A stretch of DNA of 64,000 nucleotides from Thermoplasmata archaeon (GCA_028864975.1 JAGWLG010000013.1:13252-77251), one strand, 5' to 3'. Shown: positions 10,651-20,611, numbered from the stretch's first letter. Numbers and translations: made by a program. Notes: generated by a model not told the origin, from the sequence alone.

Positions 10651-13206
10651 TCAATCCGGTACCGTCACCGGCTCGACGGTCCAGCTGGACCTACCGAGCA
10701 GCCCCAGGAGGATCGCGATCCCCAGGAGCGTGGTGGGTAGGAAGGCCCAGGGCAGCCAGGTCGCGGCCCCCGGGAGGGCGGGCTGGAGGGACCAGCCGAC
10801 GAGCAGCCCGACGAAGGGATTGCAGACCAAGAGCGCGGAGCCGACCCGGTTCCGCAGTAGGACCCCGGCCTCGAGGGGGGCGTCCTCGGAACCGGTCGTC
10901 ATCTCGGCGCGCACGAGCGCGACCGCATCCGAGAGCTCGATATGGTAGAGGAGCCGCAGGCCGACCGCGCCAAAGACCGCGACGAGCAGCGCCCAGGCAC
11001 CCCCTCCCAACAGGGAGCCCGGACCCATCCCCCCTAGCACGGTGGCATCGGTCCGTGAGAACCCGCCGGTCGCCGCGACGAGGAAGAGCACGACGACCGC
11101 GAGCCCCGCGAACCAGCTCGCGTAGGCGAACAGGGCCGCGAGGCGGACCTTGTCCTGCGCCTCGCCCGCGGTCTCTGGGTCCTCGGTGAAGAAGCGCTCC
11201 GGCTCCACGCCGTAGACCCCCTGGAGGTTGCGACGGACCATCGCGTGGTAGGGCATCGACAGGAGGGCGCCCGCGGTCCCGCCGAGGATGGCGATCCAAG
11301 GGCCCCAACCGAAGGCCCCGCCCGAGCTCGGGACGAAGCTCAGCAAGGCGAGCGGGAGCCAGACCAGGGCCCAGACCTGGAGACCACGACGGTACGCGCT
11401 CAGGATGCGCTTGGGCTCGAGCCCCCCGCCATTGGCGGAGGTCGAGGCGTGCCCTGGAGATTGGGGCTTCGCGGCGTCGATGCGCCGTCGCGCTCGACGT
11501 GCGGTACCGATCCAAGCCAGCCCGACGATCACGATGAGGGCCGACAGCGCGCTCACCAGGGCGGGAGAGATCTCGGCGTTCTCCGTGAACGCGTAGGCCG
11601 CGAGCCCTTGGGTCGAGGTGCAGCCCTCGATGCAGATCGAGGTCCCGACCGCTGCCGCACCGCTCATCGGGGCGGAAGGCGTGGTACCGCCGCCGGTGGG
11701 CGTCCCGCCCTGGTTCTGGGTGCTCTGCGGGCAGACATCGAGGCAGTTCGGGTTCCCCGAGGCCCCGATGGCGATCCAGTACCCCCCTCCGTCGAGGAGG
11801 GAGACGATCGGGAACTGCTCGCTCGCGGGGACGAGGAGCGAGCCCAAGGGAACATGGCACGCCTGCGAGATAGCGAAGGTCAACGTGTTCAGGTCCCAGC
11901 AGTCAACCCCTGTGCCCTTCGGCATCGTGGCCGCGATCTCGACCGTCGTCCCGTCGAGGGGGACCAGCGAGACGATCTCGGGCAGCTGGCTCAACCCTCC
12001 CCCATCCTGCTGGAGCTGGTAGAAAGGTAGCGAGGTGAAGTTGTTCGGGTCGCCCGTCAGTAGCGTCAGCGAGATCGGGGTGATGAGAACCGCGGGAGTG
12101 TCCGGATCCCCCTGTAGGGTCCAGCTCGCGGGGGGTGTGATGAGCGAGAGCGGGCCGCTCCCGAACCCCGAGGAGCCAGGGAAGTGCATCCACAGCGCGA
12201 GCTCCGGGCTGGAGAGGCCGTTGGGGGTCTCGAGGAACGCCATCACGATGCCCTGAGACTCGGGAGCCATCTCGAGGCTCTCCTCCGAGGAGGGGAGCGT
12301 CGCGGTCCCGTTGGTCAGGTTCTGTTCCTTCGTCCAGCTGGCCCCGTAGTTCCCGCTGGTGATCGCGCTCACCTCTCCCGGAGCTCCACCGCAGGGCCCG
12401 ACGGGTTGCTGGATCCAGGCCACGGCCTCCTCGCGGGCCTCGACCGAGGCTTGAAGCGACGTAACGACCTCGCCGGGGGTCGAGACGACGCGAGCATTCC
12501 AGCTCGAACCCTCGTCCTGGCTCGTGGCCACGAGGATCGTGGAGTCCTGGTTGCATCCCCCGGGGGAACCTCCGCCCGTCCCTGGGGGGGTGGTGAGACC
12601 CGAAGCTGCCGTCAGGAGCATGTGGTTACCGTCCGCCGCCACGACGGCCAAGTCCCAGGATGCCCCGCCGGCCACCGCGTGGTAAGGGACGGCGCTCGGG
12701 CTCCACGTGAGGCCGCGGTCCGCGCTCTTCTCGAGGATCACGGAGCCTCCGTTGGACGAGGCCGCGAAGAGCTGGTTGTTCGCTTCCGCGAGAGCGAAGA
12801 AGCTCCCCGAGGGCGCGAGCATCGTGAACTGGTACTCCGGGTTCGCATTGGCCACGATGGCCACCGACAGGCCGAGGAGGACGAGCGCGAAGCCGATCCC
12901 GCGGTTCCAGAGCTGCCCCTTGGGGTCGTCGAGATGCCAGCGACGCATCCTCGCCAGGACCTTGGGGGGGATCGGACGGGGCCGACGCTTGCGCGCCCTG
13001 CGAGGTGGAGGGGGAGGGAGGGGTGAGGACGGGGTTGGAGCAGCGGGGGAGGCAAGGGGTGTCCCGTCCGCAAAGCTGGGTCCTTCGGACCAGGTGGGAG
13101 CAGCTGACAACGGCCCCATCGGGATCGCTTCGGGAGCAGGGCGGGGAGGGATCGGAACGCGCGTTCGCTCGTTCTTGGCGTTCGAGTCGTAGGGTTCGGG
13201 GGTCAC
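10651..13206 (-). CDS. large membrane protein: Pro/Arg-rich N-terminus, TM, Asp-box (BNR, sialidase-like) propeller, multi-TM C-terminus
   Basis: Three Asp-box motifs SADRGLTW, SQDEGSSW, SGNYGASW; about six C-terminal hydrophobic helices. Confidence 0.75.
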   Translation of the reverse strand: MTPEPYDSNAKNERTRVPIPPRPAPEAIPMGPLSAAPTWSEGPSFADGTPLASPAAPTPSSPLPPPPPRRARKRRPRPIPPKVLARMRRWHLDDPKGQLWNRGIGFALVLLGLSVAIVANANPEYQFTMLAPSGSFFALAEANNQLFAASSNGGSVILEKSADRGLTWSPSAVPYHAVAGGASWDLAVVAADGNHMLLTAASGLTTPPGTGGGSPGGCNQDSTILVATSQDEGSSWNARVVSTPGEVVTSLQASVEAREEAVAWIQQPVGPCGGAPGEVSAITSGNYGASWTKEQNLTNGTATLPSSEESLEMAPESQGIVMAFLETPNGLSSPELALWMHFPGSSGFGSGPLSLITPPASWTLQGDPDTPAVLITPISLTLLTGDPNNFTSLPFYQLQQDGGGLSQLPEIVSLVPLDGTTVEIAATMPKGTGVDCWDLNTLTFAISQACHVPLGSLLVPASEQFPIVSLLDGGGYWIAIGASGNPNCLDVCPQSTQNQGGTPTGGGTTPSAPMSGAAAVGTSICIEGCTSTQGLAAYAFTENAEISPALVSALSALIVIVGLAWIGTARRARRRIDAAKPQSPGHASTSANGGGLEPKRILSAYRRGLQVWALVWLPLALLSFVPSSGGAFGWGPWIAILGGTAGALLSMPYHAMVRRNLQGVYGVEPERFFTEDPETAGEAQDKVRLAALFAYASWFAGLAVVVLFLVAATGGFSRTDATVLGGMGPGSLLGGGAWALLVAVFGAVGLRLLYHIELSDAVALVRAEMTTGSEDAPLEAGVLLRNRVGSALLVCNPFVGLLVGWSLQPALPGAATWLPWAFLPTTLLGIAILLGLLGRSSWTVEPVTVPD

Positions 13207-13220
13207 TTCCGCACCTCGAG

Positions 13221-13619
13221 CTATACCATGTGGGAGAGGGGATCGTCCTCTTCCTCGGGTGGAGGGAGCTCCTCCACCGGGCGGGGCGGCGACGGAGGGG
13301 GTCGGAGCGGACCGCGTCGCGAGAGGAGCGTCGCGGCCCCTACCACCCAGAGCAGGAAGAAAACCCCGGAGCCGAGGAAGGGAAGAAGCAGTGGAGACGC
13401 GGAGAAGCTTGACGGGCCATTCGCGGCGCTAGGGGGGGTGCCGTTCCCCGTGCAGTTCACGTGGCAGGTAGGAGCGCCGGCCGTGGGCCCGGAGTGGCCC
13501 TCGATTGTCAGGGTCATTCCAATGGCGAAGAAGAGAAGTGCGAGAAGTCCCACGACCCAAACGAAGCTCCGAAGCGGGCCCCAGGAACTCTCGCGTTCCG
13601 GAGGGGAGGGCGAGGACAT
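13221..13619 (-). CDS. small two-TM membrane protein
   Basis: Two hydrophobic helices around a short CHVNC loop; Pro/Glu-rich tail. Confidence 0.7.
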   Translation of the reverse strand: MSSPSPPERESSWGPLRSFVWVVGLLALLFFAIGMTLTIEGHSGPTAGAPTCHVNCTGNGTPPSAANGPSSFSASPLLLPFLGSGVFFLLWVVGAATLLSRRGPLRPPPSPPRPVEELPPPEEEDDPLSHMV

Positions 13620-13680
13620 CGAGAGAAGGATGAGGCGCGGCGGACTTCAACGAGCCTACAAGTACAGGGTCGAGGGTTGT

Positions 13681-13697
13681 ACACCGTGCCACGGTGT
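13681..13697. promoter_or_regulatory. perfect palindrome ACACCGTG-C-CACGGTGT between divergent genes (candidate operator)
   Basis: 8-bp inverted repeat with 1-nt spacer, 20 nt upstream of the regulator ORF. Confidence 0.55.
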
Positions 13698-13717
13698 GAA
13701 CACCAGGGGCATCGTCG

Positions 13718-14782
13718 TTGCGCGAGCTCACTCCGTCGGAGCACCGGACCCTTCTTGCGATCCTGGCCCTTCCAGGGAGCACGGAACGGGAGAGGATCCG
13801 CTGGTCCCACCTCCCGAGCTCCACCTACAACGTCGTCAAGCGTCGTCTCTACGCGCAGGGTTGGGTGGAGGACCGGTGGGTCCCCCAGCCAGGCCCGCTC
13901 GGGTTCTCCGAGGTCGAGCTGCGGCTCGAGCGCCCCTTCGCCGCCGAACGGGGCAGTCTCGAACGGGTGCAGTCCTCCGACCTCTCGCGGGTCCTTCTAT
14001 GGTCCGGGGTCCATGGGGTTCTTTCGGTCGCGTTCCGCGAGGACGCCGGAGATGCGCCCGGGGGACATCTTGGTCAAGGACGCGACTTTGTCGTTCGAGC
14101 TCGCCCCCGCGAGGGGAGCGTTCCGGTCTATTTCGACTACTCTGGGCTGTGGGCCCGGTTCGCCGGTGAGACGATCCCCCCGGAGTACCCCCGAGGACTG
14201 GACCTTCGACCCGCTCCCGCCCCGGACCGGGAGCGGGCGGCCGCGCGGAGGGCCGTGGGGGGCTTGGGCCCGCCCGATGCCGAGGAGACCTCGCACCGAT
14301 GGACGAACCTGCTTCGGCTCCCGCGCAGCCAACGGAGAGCGGTGGTGGGAGGGCTCGTCTCGGCGCGGAGCCTGCCGAACCTGGCGCGGCTGCCGCCGTG
14401 GGAGGGACGACGGTTGGGGGAGGTCCTGCTCGTGGTGGGCAGGGCGCGGGACCGCTCAGCCCCTTCGCGACTGCTGAACGCTCTGACGAAGGACCGGGGG
14501 GTGTTCCCCTTTCTCTTCGCGGAGGGACACGGCTCGGTCTTGCTCGCGGGGATCGGCCAGACCAGTGCGCGGGACCCGGGGCGGGTCCCTGTTCGGTCGG
14601 CTCGGGGCTCCGTCCTCTCCACTATCAACGCGCACCTGGACCAGGTGGAGGTCCTCATTGAACCCGTCGAGGGCCTGCGGGCGGTGGTGGACCACCGCTA
14701 TGCGTCGCTCTTCGCAGGGGACCTTCCTTTCCCTCCCGTCGGCCGAGGTGAGACCACGACGAAGGCCGCCCCGCACAGGTAG
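13718..14782 (+). CDS. putative winged-helix transcriptional regulator (Lrp/AsnC-like organisation)
   Basis: N-terminal LLAILAL..STERERIRWSHLPSSTYNVVKRRLYAQGWVE resembles a wHTH, followed by VPQPGPLGF as in Lrp linkers; lies directly upstream of a protease gene. Confidence 0.55.
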   Translation: MRELTPSEHRTLLAILALPGSTERERIRWSHLPSSTYNVVKRRLYAQGWVEDRWVPQPGPLGFSEVELRLERPFAAERGSLERVQSSDLSRVLLWSGVHGVLSVAFREDAGDAPGGHLGQGRDFVVRARPREGSVPVYFDYSGLWARFAGETIPPEYPRGLDLRPAPAPDRERAAARRAVGGLGPPDAEETSHRWTNLLRLPRSQRRAVVGGLVSARSLPNLARLPPWEGRRLGEVLLVVGRARDRSAPSRLLNALTKDRGVFPFLFAEGHGSVLLAGIGQTSARDPGRVPVRSARGSVLSTINAHLDQVEVLIEPVEGLRAVVDHRYASLFAGDLPFPPVGRGETTTKAAPHR

Positions 14783-14836
14783 GGGGAGGAGGACCCTTCC
14801 CCGCCGCATCACCCCCCGACACACCCCGAGGGGTCC

Positions 14837-14868
14837 GGCACGGTGTCGGTTCATCCGACATCGTGTCC
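14837..14868 (+). promoter_or_regulatory. 13-bp imperfect inverted repeat upstream of S53 protease 1
   Basis: GGCACGGTGTCGG-TTCAT-CCGACATCGTGTCC; contains the CACGGTGT half-site also seen at 13690-13697. Confidence 0.45.
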
Positions 14869-14887
14869 AAATACCGGCGGGAGATGC

Positions 14888-17800
14888 ATGCGTGAGCATC
14901 GCATGCCGTCCTCACCCCCGGGCCTGCGCGCGCACGACGGAATCGCCGAAAGCCCCCCGACCTCTGGACGACTTGCTGGAGCGCTCGCTCCGTCCAAGCG
15001 CCATGCGCTGCGGGGCGCTGTGCTCCTGGTGGCCCTGCTGGCCCTGATCGGCGTCCCCGGAGCCCAAGCCGCGGCAGGGCCTTCGGCGGCCGCGCACGCC
15101 GCGTCCGGCCAGGCGCTCCCGGGAGGTCTCTCGATGATGCCCGCGAGCTACGGAGTGATGCCGACCCACGTGCAGCTCCTCTCCGCGGTGCCGGCGTCGC
15201 GGGCCATCTCCGTCAACATCGAGATGGGGTTCGCGGACGAGGCGCAGGCCCAGGCGTTCGCCAGCGCGGTCGCGACCCCGGGGTCACCCTCGTACGGCCA
15301 CTACATCCCCGGGGCGGAGTACGTGGGGCTCTTTGGGGCCGAGCCAGGCACCGTGAACGCGCTCGGGAGCTACTTCGAGAGCTACGGCCTCACGTTCCAT
15401 TCGCTGGACAAGCTCGGGCTGCTCTACTCGGTCAGCGGGAACGTGGGCGAGCTCGATTCCGCGCTTCACACCACGCTCTGGACCCAGCAGGCCGGGGGGA
15501 AGGTCGCGGTCGCGCCGCTCACCGCCCCCTCCCTGCCCTCCTCCCTTGCCCCCTGGGTCGAGGGATTCCACAACCTGAACGGCTTCGACCTCCCCCACCC
15601 GCTCTACCAGACGGCGCCGAAGATCACCGCTGCCGCGATCTCCGTTGCGGCCATGCAGGGCGCGTATGACGCGACCCCGCTCCTCTCGGGCGGGGACACC
15701 GGGAGCGCCCACACCATCGGGCTGTCGGAGATGTGCGACCCCGGAGAGACCACGAGCCAGTACTCGAGCGACGCGAGCTCCTTCGACTCCTCCTACGGTA
15801 CCCCCGCCAACAGCATCACCTACTCCGACGGCGGCGCGACGAGCTGCACCAGCGGCTCCTCCGGCTGGGGGACGGAGACCGACCTCGACATCCAGTGGTC
15901 CCACGTCATCGCGACGGGGGCGGCCCAGAACGTCTGCCTGGACAACACCGACCCGTCGATCTGCGACAGCAACTTCGTTTCGGGCGGGATCATCTTCGGT
16001 TCGAACAGCTGGGGCGGGGGAGGGCCCTACCACTCGATCTGGCAATCGGCCATGTCGGCGGGCGACACACTCCTCGCCTCGTCCGGTGACAGCTGCTCCG
16101 GCGTGAGCTACCCCGCGGGAGAGCCCGACGGGGTCGGGGTGGGCGGCACATCGCTCACCGTGAGCGGCAACTCCTACGGAAGCGAGACCGCCTGGAGCTG
16201 CTCGGGAGGCTCGGGCACCGGTGGTGGCTGCGACACCGCGGATGCCGCTCCCAGTTACCAGGTCGGCATGACCGGCTATCCGGGGGCCTGCGCGAGCGGT
16301 AACCGCGGAGACCCGGACGTGGGGATGGACGCGGACCCGAACACCGGGGTCGCGGTCGTCACGCCCACCGGGACGATCCAGGTAGGAGGGACCTCGCTCG
16401 CTTGCCCGATGTGGGCCGCCGCTCTGGACCTTGTCTCCCAGAAGGCGAGCTTCACCGGGTTCATGGCCCCCAACATCTACGGCCTCGCCAAGTCCTCGGC
16501 CTACGCGACCGACTTCCACGACGTCACGAGCGGGAACAACGGCTACGCCGCGACTGTTGGATGGGACCCGGACACGGGGGTCGGCTCCCCCGACATCAAC
16601 CAGATCGCCCTCGGGTGGATCGCCCCGCTCACCACGAGCTTCTCGGCGACTCCCGCGACCGTCGAAGCCGGCGCGACCGTCACGCTGACCGCGGGGGCGA
16701 ACGGCGGTTCAACCCCCTATAGCTACACTTGGACCCTCAACGGGTCGACGACCCTCGCCACGACCACGACCTCCCCCTACAGCTGGGTCCCCCTGCACGC
16801 GGCTACCTACACGGTCGGGGTGACCGTGAAGGACAACAGCGGCAAGACCGCGACCGGAGGGCCCGCGACGATCACCGTGACCCCGGGACCCTCGGTCGTC
16901 TTCACCGCCACCCCTGGTTCGGTGGATGGCGGTCAGGCGGTCTCCATGACCGCGACACCGAGCGGAGGGAGCGGTGTCTACCCGACCTACGACTGGACCC
17001 TCAACGGGACCATCCTCCTAGCCACCTCCTCGGGGAGCCACACCTGGACCGCCCCCGACCACGACTTCGCGGCGGCCCTGGGGGTCCGGGTCTTTGACAG
17101 CGCCGGGGGCAGCGCGATCGCGAGCACGACCATCAATGTGTTCGCGACCCCCACGGTGACCCTCAGCGTTTCCACGGCCGGTCCGATCGATGTGCTCACC
17201 CCCGTGACGCTGTCGGCGGGAGGATGGGGAGGCGCGACCCCGATCACCTACACGTTCCTCGCGAACGGCACGACCGTTCTCTACACCGGTCCGAGCGCGA
17301 CCCCAACCGCCTGGAGCCCCCAGGGCCCTGGGACGTACACGCTGGCCGTTGAAGTGAAGGACGCGAACGGCCTCACCGCGCGTTCGGCCAATGCGAGCCT
17401 TCAGGTGAACGCGAACCCGTCGGTCACGATCACCGGGCTGAGCAGCCCGGTCGTCGACACCGGGACCTACGTCCAGCTCCAAGCCCACGTGAACGGTGGG
17501 ACGAACTGCTGTACGTTCACCTGGAAGATCAACGGTGTCGTCCAGACCGGGGCCGGCTCGAGCACGTACTCGTTCCGCGCTCCTCCTCCTGGAACCGACT
17601 CCATCACCGTGACCGTTCTGGACGGGGTCGGGCGGTCCGCGGCGTCTCAGCCTCTTTCCCTCCAAGTGAACTCGGACCCGACCATCAGCCTGCAAGGGTC
17701 GAACACCGTGGAGGCGGGAGCCACCGACCCGCTGAACGCGGCCGTGGCCCAGGGGACCACCCCGTACTCCTACTCGTGGACCTCGCTGCAGGTCGGGGGC

Positions 17801-18298
17801 GGAGGTGGACCTGCGCCGGTCGGCTCGAACTCGGCGAGCTACGGTTTCTCCTCGACCACCATCGGCCCGTACATCGTCACGGTCACGGTCACGGACTCGG
17901 GCGGTTCGAAGGTCTCCGCCAGTCTGACGATCAACGTGACCGCCGTGCCGGCTTGGTACGAGACCCCGTTCATCCCGGGGACGAGCGCCGCGGAGAGCTG
18001 GGGGATCATGGCCATCGTCATCGTGGCCGTCGTCGTGACCCTCGCCGTGGTCGCGGCGCGTCACCGCAAGAAGGTCCGCGGTGGCGACACTGCGGTCATG
18101 GGGAGCGCCGCGGCCGGCACCTACTCGCCGGTGCAAGCCTCGGGATACTGCCGCGCATGCGCGGCGCCACTGGCGTGGGGCGCTCCGAGCTGCGGACGCT
18201 GCGGCGCGCCGGTCGCGGGCCCCGGGGGCCTACCTCCTGGTTACCCGGCACAATACCCTCCTCAGTACCCGCCCCAGTACCCGCCTCCGGGTCGCTGA
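14888..18298 (+). CDS. S53 (sedolisin) serine protease with propeptide, PKD/Ig-like repeats, TM anchor, cytoplasmic zinc ribbon and PQY repeats
   Basis: ETDLD (Glu/Asp), ASSGD, GGTSLACP (Ser), DVTSGNNG and GWDPDTGVGSP Ca-binding end; about five GGxxPYxYxW repeats; CRAC...CGRC; YPAQYPPQYPPQYPP. Start within ORF 14843..18298 is uncertain. Confidence 0.92.
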   Translation: MREHRMPSSPPGLRAHDGIAESPPTSGRLAGALAPSKRHALRGAVLLVALLALIGVPGAQAAAGPSAAAHAASGQALPGGLSMMPASYGVMPTHVQLLSAVPASRAISVNIEMGFADEAQAQAFASAVATPGSPSYGHYIPGAEYVGLFGAEPGTVNALGSYFESYGLTFHSLDKLGLLYSVSGNVGELDSALHTTLWTQQAGGKVAVAPLTAPSLPSSLAPWVEGFHNLNGFDLPHPLYQTAPKITAAAISVAAMQGAYDATPLLSGGDTGSAHTIGLSEMCDPGETTSQYSSDASSFDSSYGTPANSITYSDGGATSCTSGSSGWGTETDLDIQWSHVIATGAAQNVCLDNTDPSICDSNFVSGGIIFGSNSWGGGGPYHSIWQSAMSAGDTLLASSGDSCSGVSYPAGEPDGVGVGGTSLTVSGNSYGSETAWSCSGGSGTGGGCDTADAAPSYQVGMTGYPGACASGNRGDPDVGMDADPNTGVAVVTPTGTIQVGGTSLACPMWAAALDLVSQKASFTGFMAPNIYGLAKSSAYATDFHDVTSGNNGYAATVGWDPDTGVGSPDINQIALGWIAPLTTSFSATPATVEAGATVTLTAGANGGSTPYSYTWTLNGSTTLATTTTSPYSWVPLHAATYTVGVTVKDNSGKTATGGPATITVTPGPSVVFTATPGSVDGGQAVSMTATPSGGSGVYPTYDWTLNGTILLATSSGSHTWTAPDHDFAAALGVRVFDSAGGSAIASTTINVFATPTVTLSVSTAGPIDVLTPVTLSAGGWGGATPITYTFLANGTTVLYTGPSATPTAWSPQGPGTYTLAVEVKDANGLTARSANASLQVNANPSVTITGLSSPVVDTGTYVQLQAHVNGGTNCCTFTWKINGVVQTGAGSSTYSFRAPPPGTDSITVTVLDGVGRSAASQPLSLQVNSDPTISLQGSNTVEAGATDPLNAAVAQGTTPYSYSWTSLQVGGGGGPAPVGSNSASYGFSSTTIGPYIVTVTVTDSGGSKVSASLTINVTAVPAWYETPFIPGTSAAESWGIMAIVIVAVVVTLAVVAARHRKKVRGGDTAVMGSAAAGTYSPVQASGYCRACAAPLAWGAPSCGRCGAPVAGPGGLPPGYPAQYPPQYPPQYPPPGR

Positions 18299-18685
18299 AC
18301 GCTCGCCTACGCCACGGGCCTCCCGCGCTCTGGGTGCGGGCGTGACCCGGCGGCCCGGAGCGGTCGCGAACGCCGGCGGTCCAGCAGACTACTCTGACCA
18401 CCGGAAGCCCGCGGAGACGTTGTCCTCCTCGCTATGTCGTCGCCTTTCGGAGCGACCACCTCCGATGCCCGACGGCGGTCGCGGTGGCACGCTCCGGCGG
18501 CAGAGGGAAGAAAGAAGCTCGGGATCGAGGGGGGTAGAGGAAGAACCACCACCCCAACATGTTGGATTCCAAGGCCAAGAACGTCGAGGGCCTCCCCCGT
18601 CCGTGCGTCGGTGCCCTCGGCCAAGCCTGAAAACTTTCCCCCCTTCCGATCTGTGAAAGGGTGCCGACCCGACGCCACCACGAGC

Positions 18686-20590
18686 ATGACCTCGGAAGCA
18701 CGACGGCTCTGGCTTTGGAGCAAGCGGAAGCTCTCCATACCTTGGACCAAGGAGCTCGGCCTCCGGGGGGGCGGGTGGAGCAAGGTCTCCCGCGACCTCG
18801 CCCGCTGGGCCGTCATCGCGGTCCCCATCGGGCTGGTGGCCGGGCTGGGAGCCGCGCTCTTCTACGCCATCTGGCTCGTGGCGCAGGACTTCTTCTTCGG
18901 CGTGCTCCTGGGGATCTCGGTCCCCCTCCCTGGCCCGAACCTCATCCGCTGGACCAGTTCGTTCCCGCGTGTCCTCCTCCTTCCTGCCGTGATGGGTCTG
19001 GGGGGGGCCGGGGCCGGGTACATCGCCCAGCTCCTGGCCCCTGAGGTCGCGGGACACGGGACGGACCAAACCATACGCGCCTTCCATCAAGGGGAGGGGA
19101 AGATCCGCGCCCGGGTCCCGATCCTCAAGATCCTGGCCAGCAGCTTGACCCTGGGCACCGGAGGTAGCGGCGGGCGAGAGGGGCCGGTGAGCCAGATCGG
19201 AGGGGGTTTCGGTTCCTGGTGGGCGGACATCCTGGGGCTGTCGGCCCGGGAGCGACGTATCGCCCTCGCGTCCGGGCTCGGAGCCGGGGTGGGCGCGATC
19301 TTCCGTGCGCCGCTCGGAGGCGCCATCTATTCCGCCGAGATCTTCTACACGGGCGACTTCGAGCCGGACGTCTTCGTGCCCTCCATCATCTCCTCGGTGG
19401 TCAGCTACTCCATCTTCGGGGAGATCTTCGGATGGACGAGCCTCTTCGCGACCCCGTCCAACTTGGGCTGGACCGTCCCGCAGATCCCCCTCTACGCCCT
19501 GCTCGGGGTCATCTGCGCCGCCGCGGGGGTGGGGTTCGTGCGGCTCTTCCACAGCATGCATGGCTGGTTCTCCCAAAGCACGTTGCCCCTCTCGCTGCGA
19601 GCCGGGGGCGGGGCGGTCCTCGCGAGCGCGTGCGTTCTGGCGGTCTACTTCGCCTTCCCCGCTTACAATCACTTCGCCGCGCTCTCCGCACTGGGGGTCG
19701 GTTACGGCTTCGTCCAGGCGGCGATGATGGGCCAGGGGGGCTTCCTGGTCTTCGCGCCCATCGCTCTCGTCTCGATCGTCGTCGCGGTCGTGCTGCGGAT
19801 GTTCACGACCTCTCTCACGGTGGGCAGCGGAGGGAGCGCAGGCCTCTTCGGGACCAGCGTGGTCGTGGGAGCTTTGCTCGGGGCGAGCGTGGGGGGCTTC
19901 TTTCACTGGCTCTCTCCCGCCCTCGTCAGCGTGGCGGACGTGGCCGCCTTCGTCATCGTCGGGATGATGGCCTTCTTCGGAGGGATCTCGAAGGCCCCGC
20001 TGGCCGTCCTCGTGATGGTCGTGGAAATGGCCGGGAGCTACACGCTGCTCCTGCCGGCCATGCTCGCGATCTTCCTGGCCTACGTCATGACGGGAAGCGA
20101 CCACCTGTACATCGAACAGATCTCGACGCGGCTACGGAGCCCCGCACATCGGGACGAGTACCGACAGGCGGTCCTGGGCGAGGTGCCGGTGCTCGCGCTC
20201 ACCCGGACGGACCTGCGTCGTGTCCCCCCCGGGAGCACGGTGGAGCAGGTCCTGGCGCAGAACATCGGGTCCCGCCAGTCCTTCTTCCCCGTGGTGCAAG
20301 GGGAGACCTGGCTGGGTGTGGTCACGCTCTCGGACCTCCGCTCCGTCCCCGCCGCCGAGCGGGCCGACCGTACGGTCGAGGACCTGGTCCGACCCTTCGA
20401 GGTCACCGTGGACGAGGGGTCCTCCGCGGCCGACGCCCTGAGGTCGCTCGACCGGGCAGGCGCGGAAGAGGCGGCAGTCCTGACCGGCGGCCCGGAGATC
20501 CGGGTGGCCGGGGTGATCACGCGACGCAGCCTCCAGCAGCTCCGGGCGTCGGCCGGAGGCCTCATGACGGAGGAGACCGGTGCTACCTGA
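18686..20590 (+). CDS. CLC-family chloride channel/antiporter with C-terminal CBS pair
   Basis: GHGTD, GGSGGREGP, FRAPLGGAIYSAE, GGSAGLFG, ISKAPLA..MVVEM, LY; CBS domains. Start chosen within ORF 18434..20590. Confidence 0.92.
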   Translation: MTSEARRLWLWSKRKLSIPWTKELGLRGGGWSKVSRDLARWAVIAVPIGLVAGLGAALFYAIWLVAQDFFFGVLLGISVPLPGPNLIRWTSSFPRVLLLPAVMGLGGAGAGYIAQLLAPEVAGHGTDQTIRAFHQGEGKIRARVPILKILASSLTLGTGGSGGREGPVSQIGGGFGSWWADILGLSARERRIALASGLGAGVGAIFRAPLGGAIYSAEIFYTGDFEPDVFVPSIISSVVSYSIFGEIFGWTSLFATPSNLGWTVPQIPLYALLGVICAAAGVGFVRLFHSMHGWFSQSTLPLSLRAGGGAVLASACVLAVYFAFPAYNHFAALSALGVGYGFVQAAMMGQGGFLVFAPIALVSIVVAVVLRMFTTSLTVGSGGSAGLFGTSVVVGALLGASVGGFFHWLSPALVSVADVAAFVIVGMMAFFGGISKAPLAVLVMVVEMAGSYTLLLPAMLAIFLAYVMTGSDHLYIEQISTRLRSPAHRDEYRQAVLGEVPVLALTRTDLRRVPPGSTVEQVLAQNIGSRQSFFPVVQGETWLGVVTLSDLRSVPAAERADRTVEDLVRPFEVTVDEGSSAADALRSLDRAGAEEAAVLTGGPEIRVAGVITRRSLQQLRASAGGLMTEETGAT

Positions 20591-20611
20591 GCGAGGAAGG
20601 TCGGTCGGAGG

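Noticed and set aside
12318-12328. Extra GGTTCTGT copy as a possible third TIR
   Set aside because: Only the first 8 nt match, and it lies inside an intact CDS; chance match.
18300-18686. Fluoride riboswitch upstream of the CLC gene
   Set aside because: The crcB-motif consensus was not found and the protein lacks CLC-F signature motifs.
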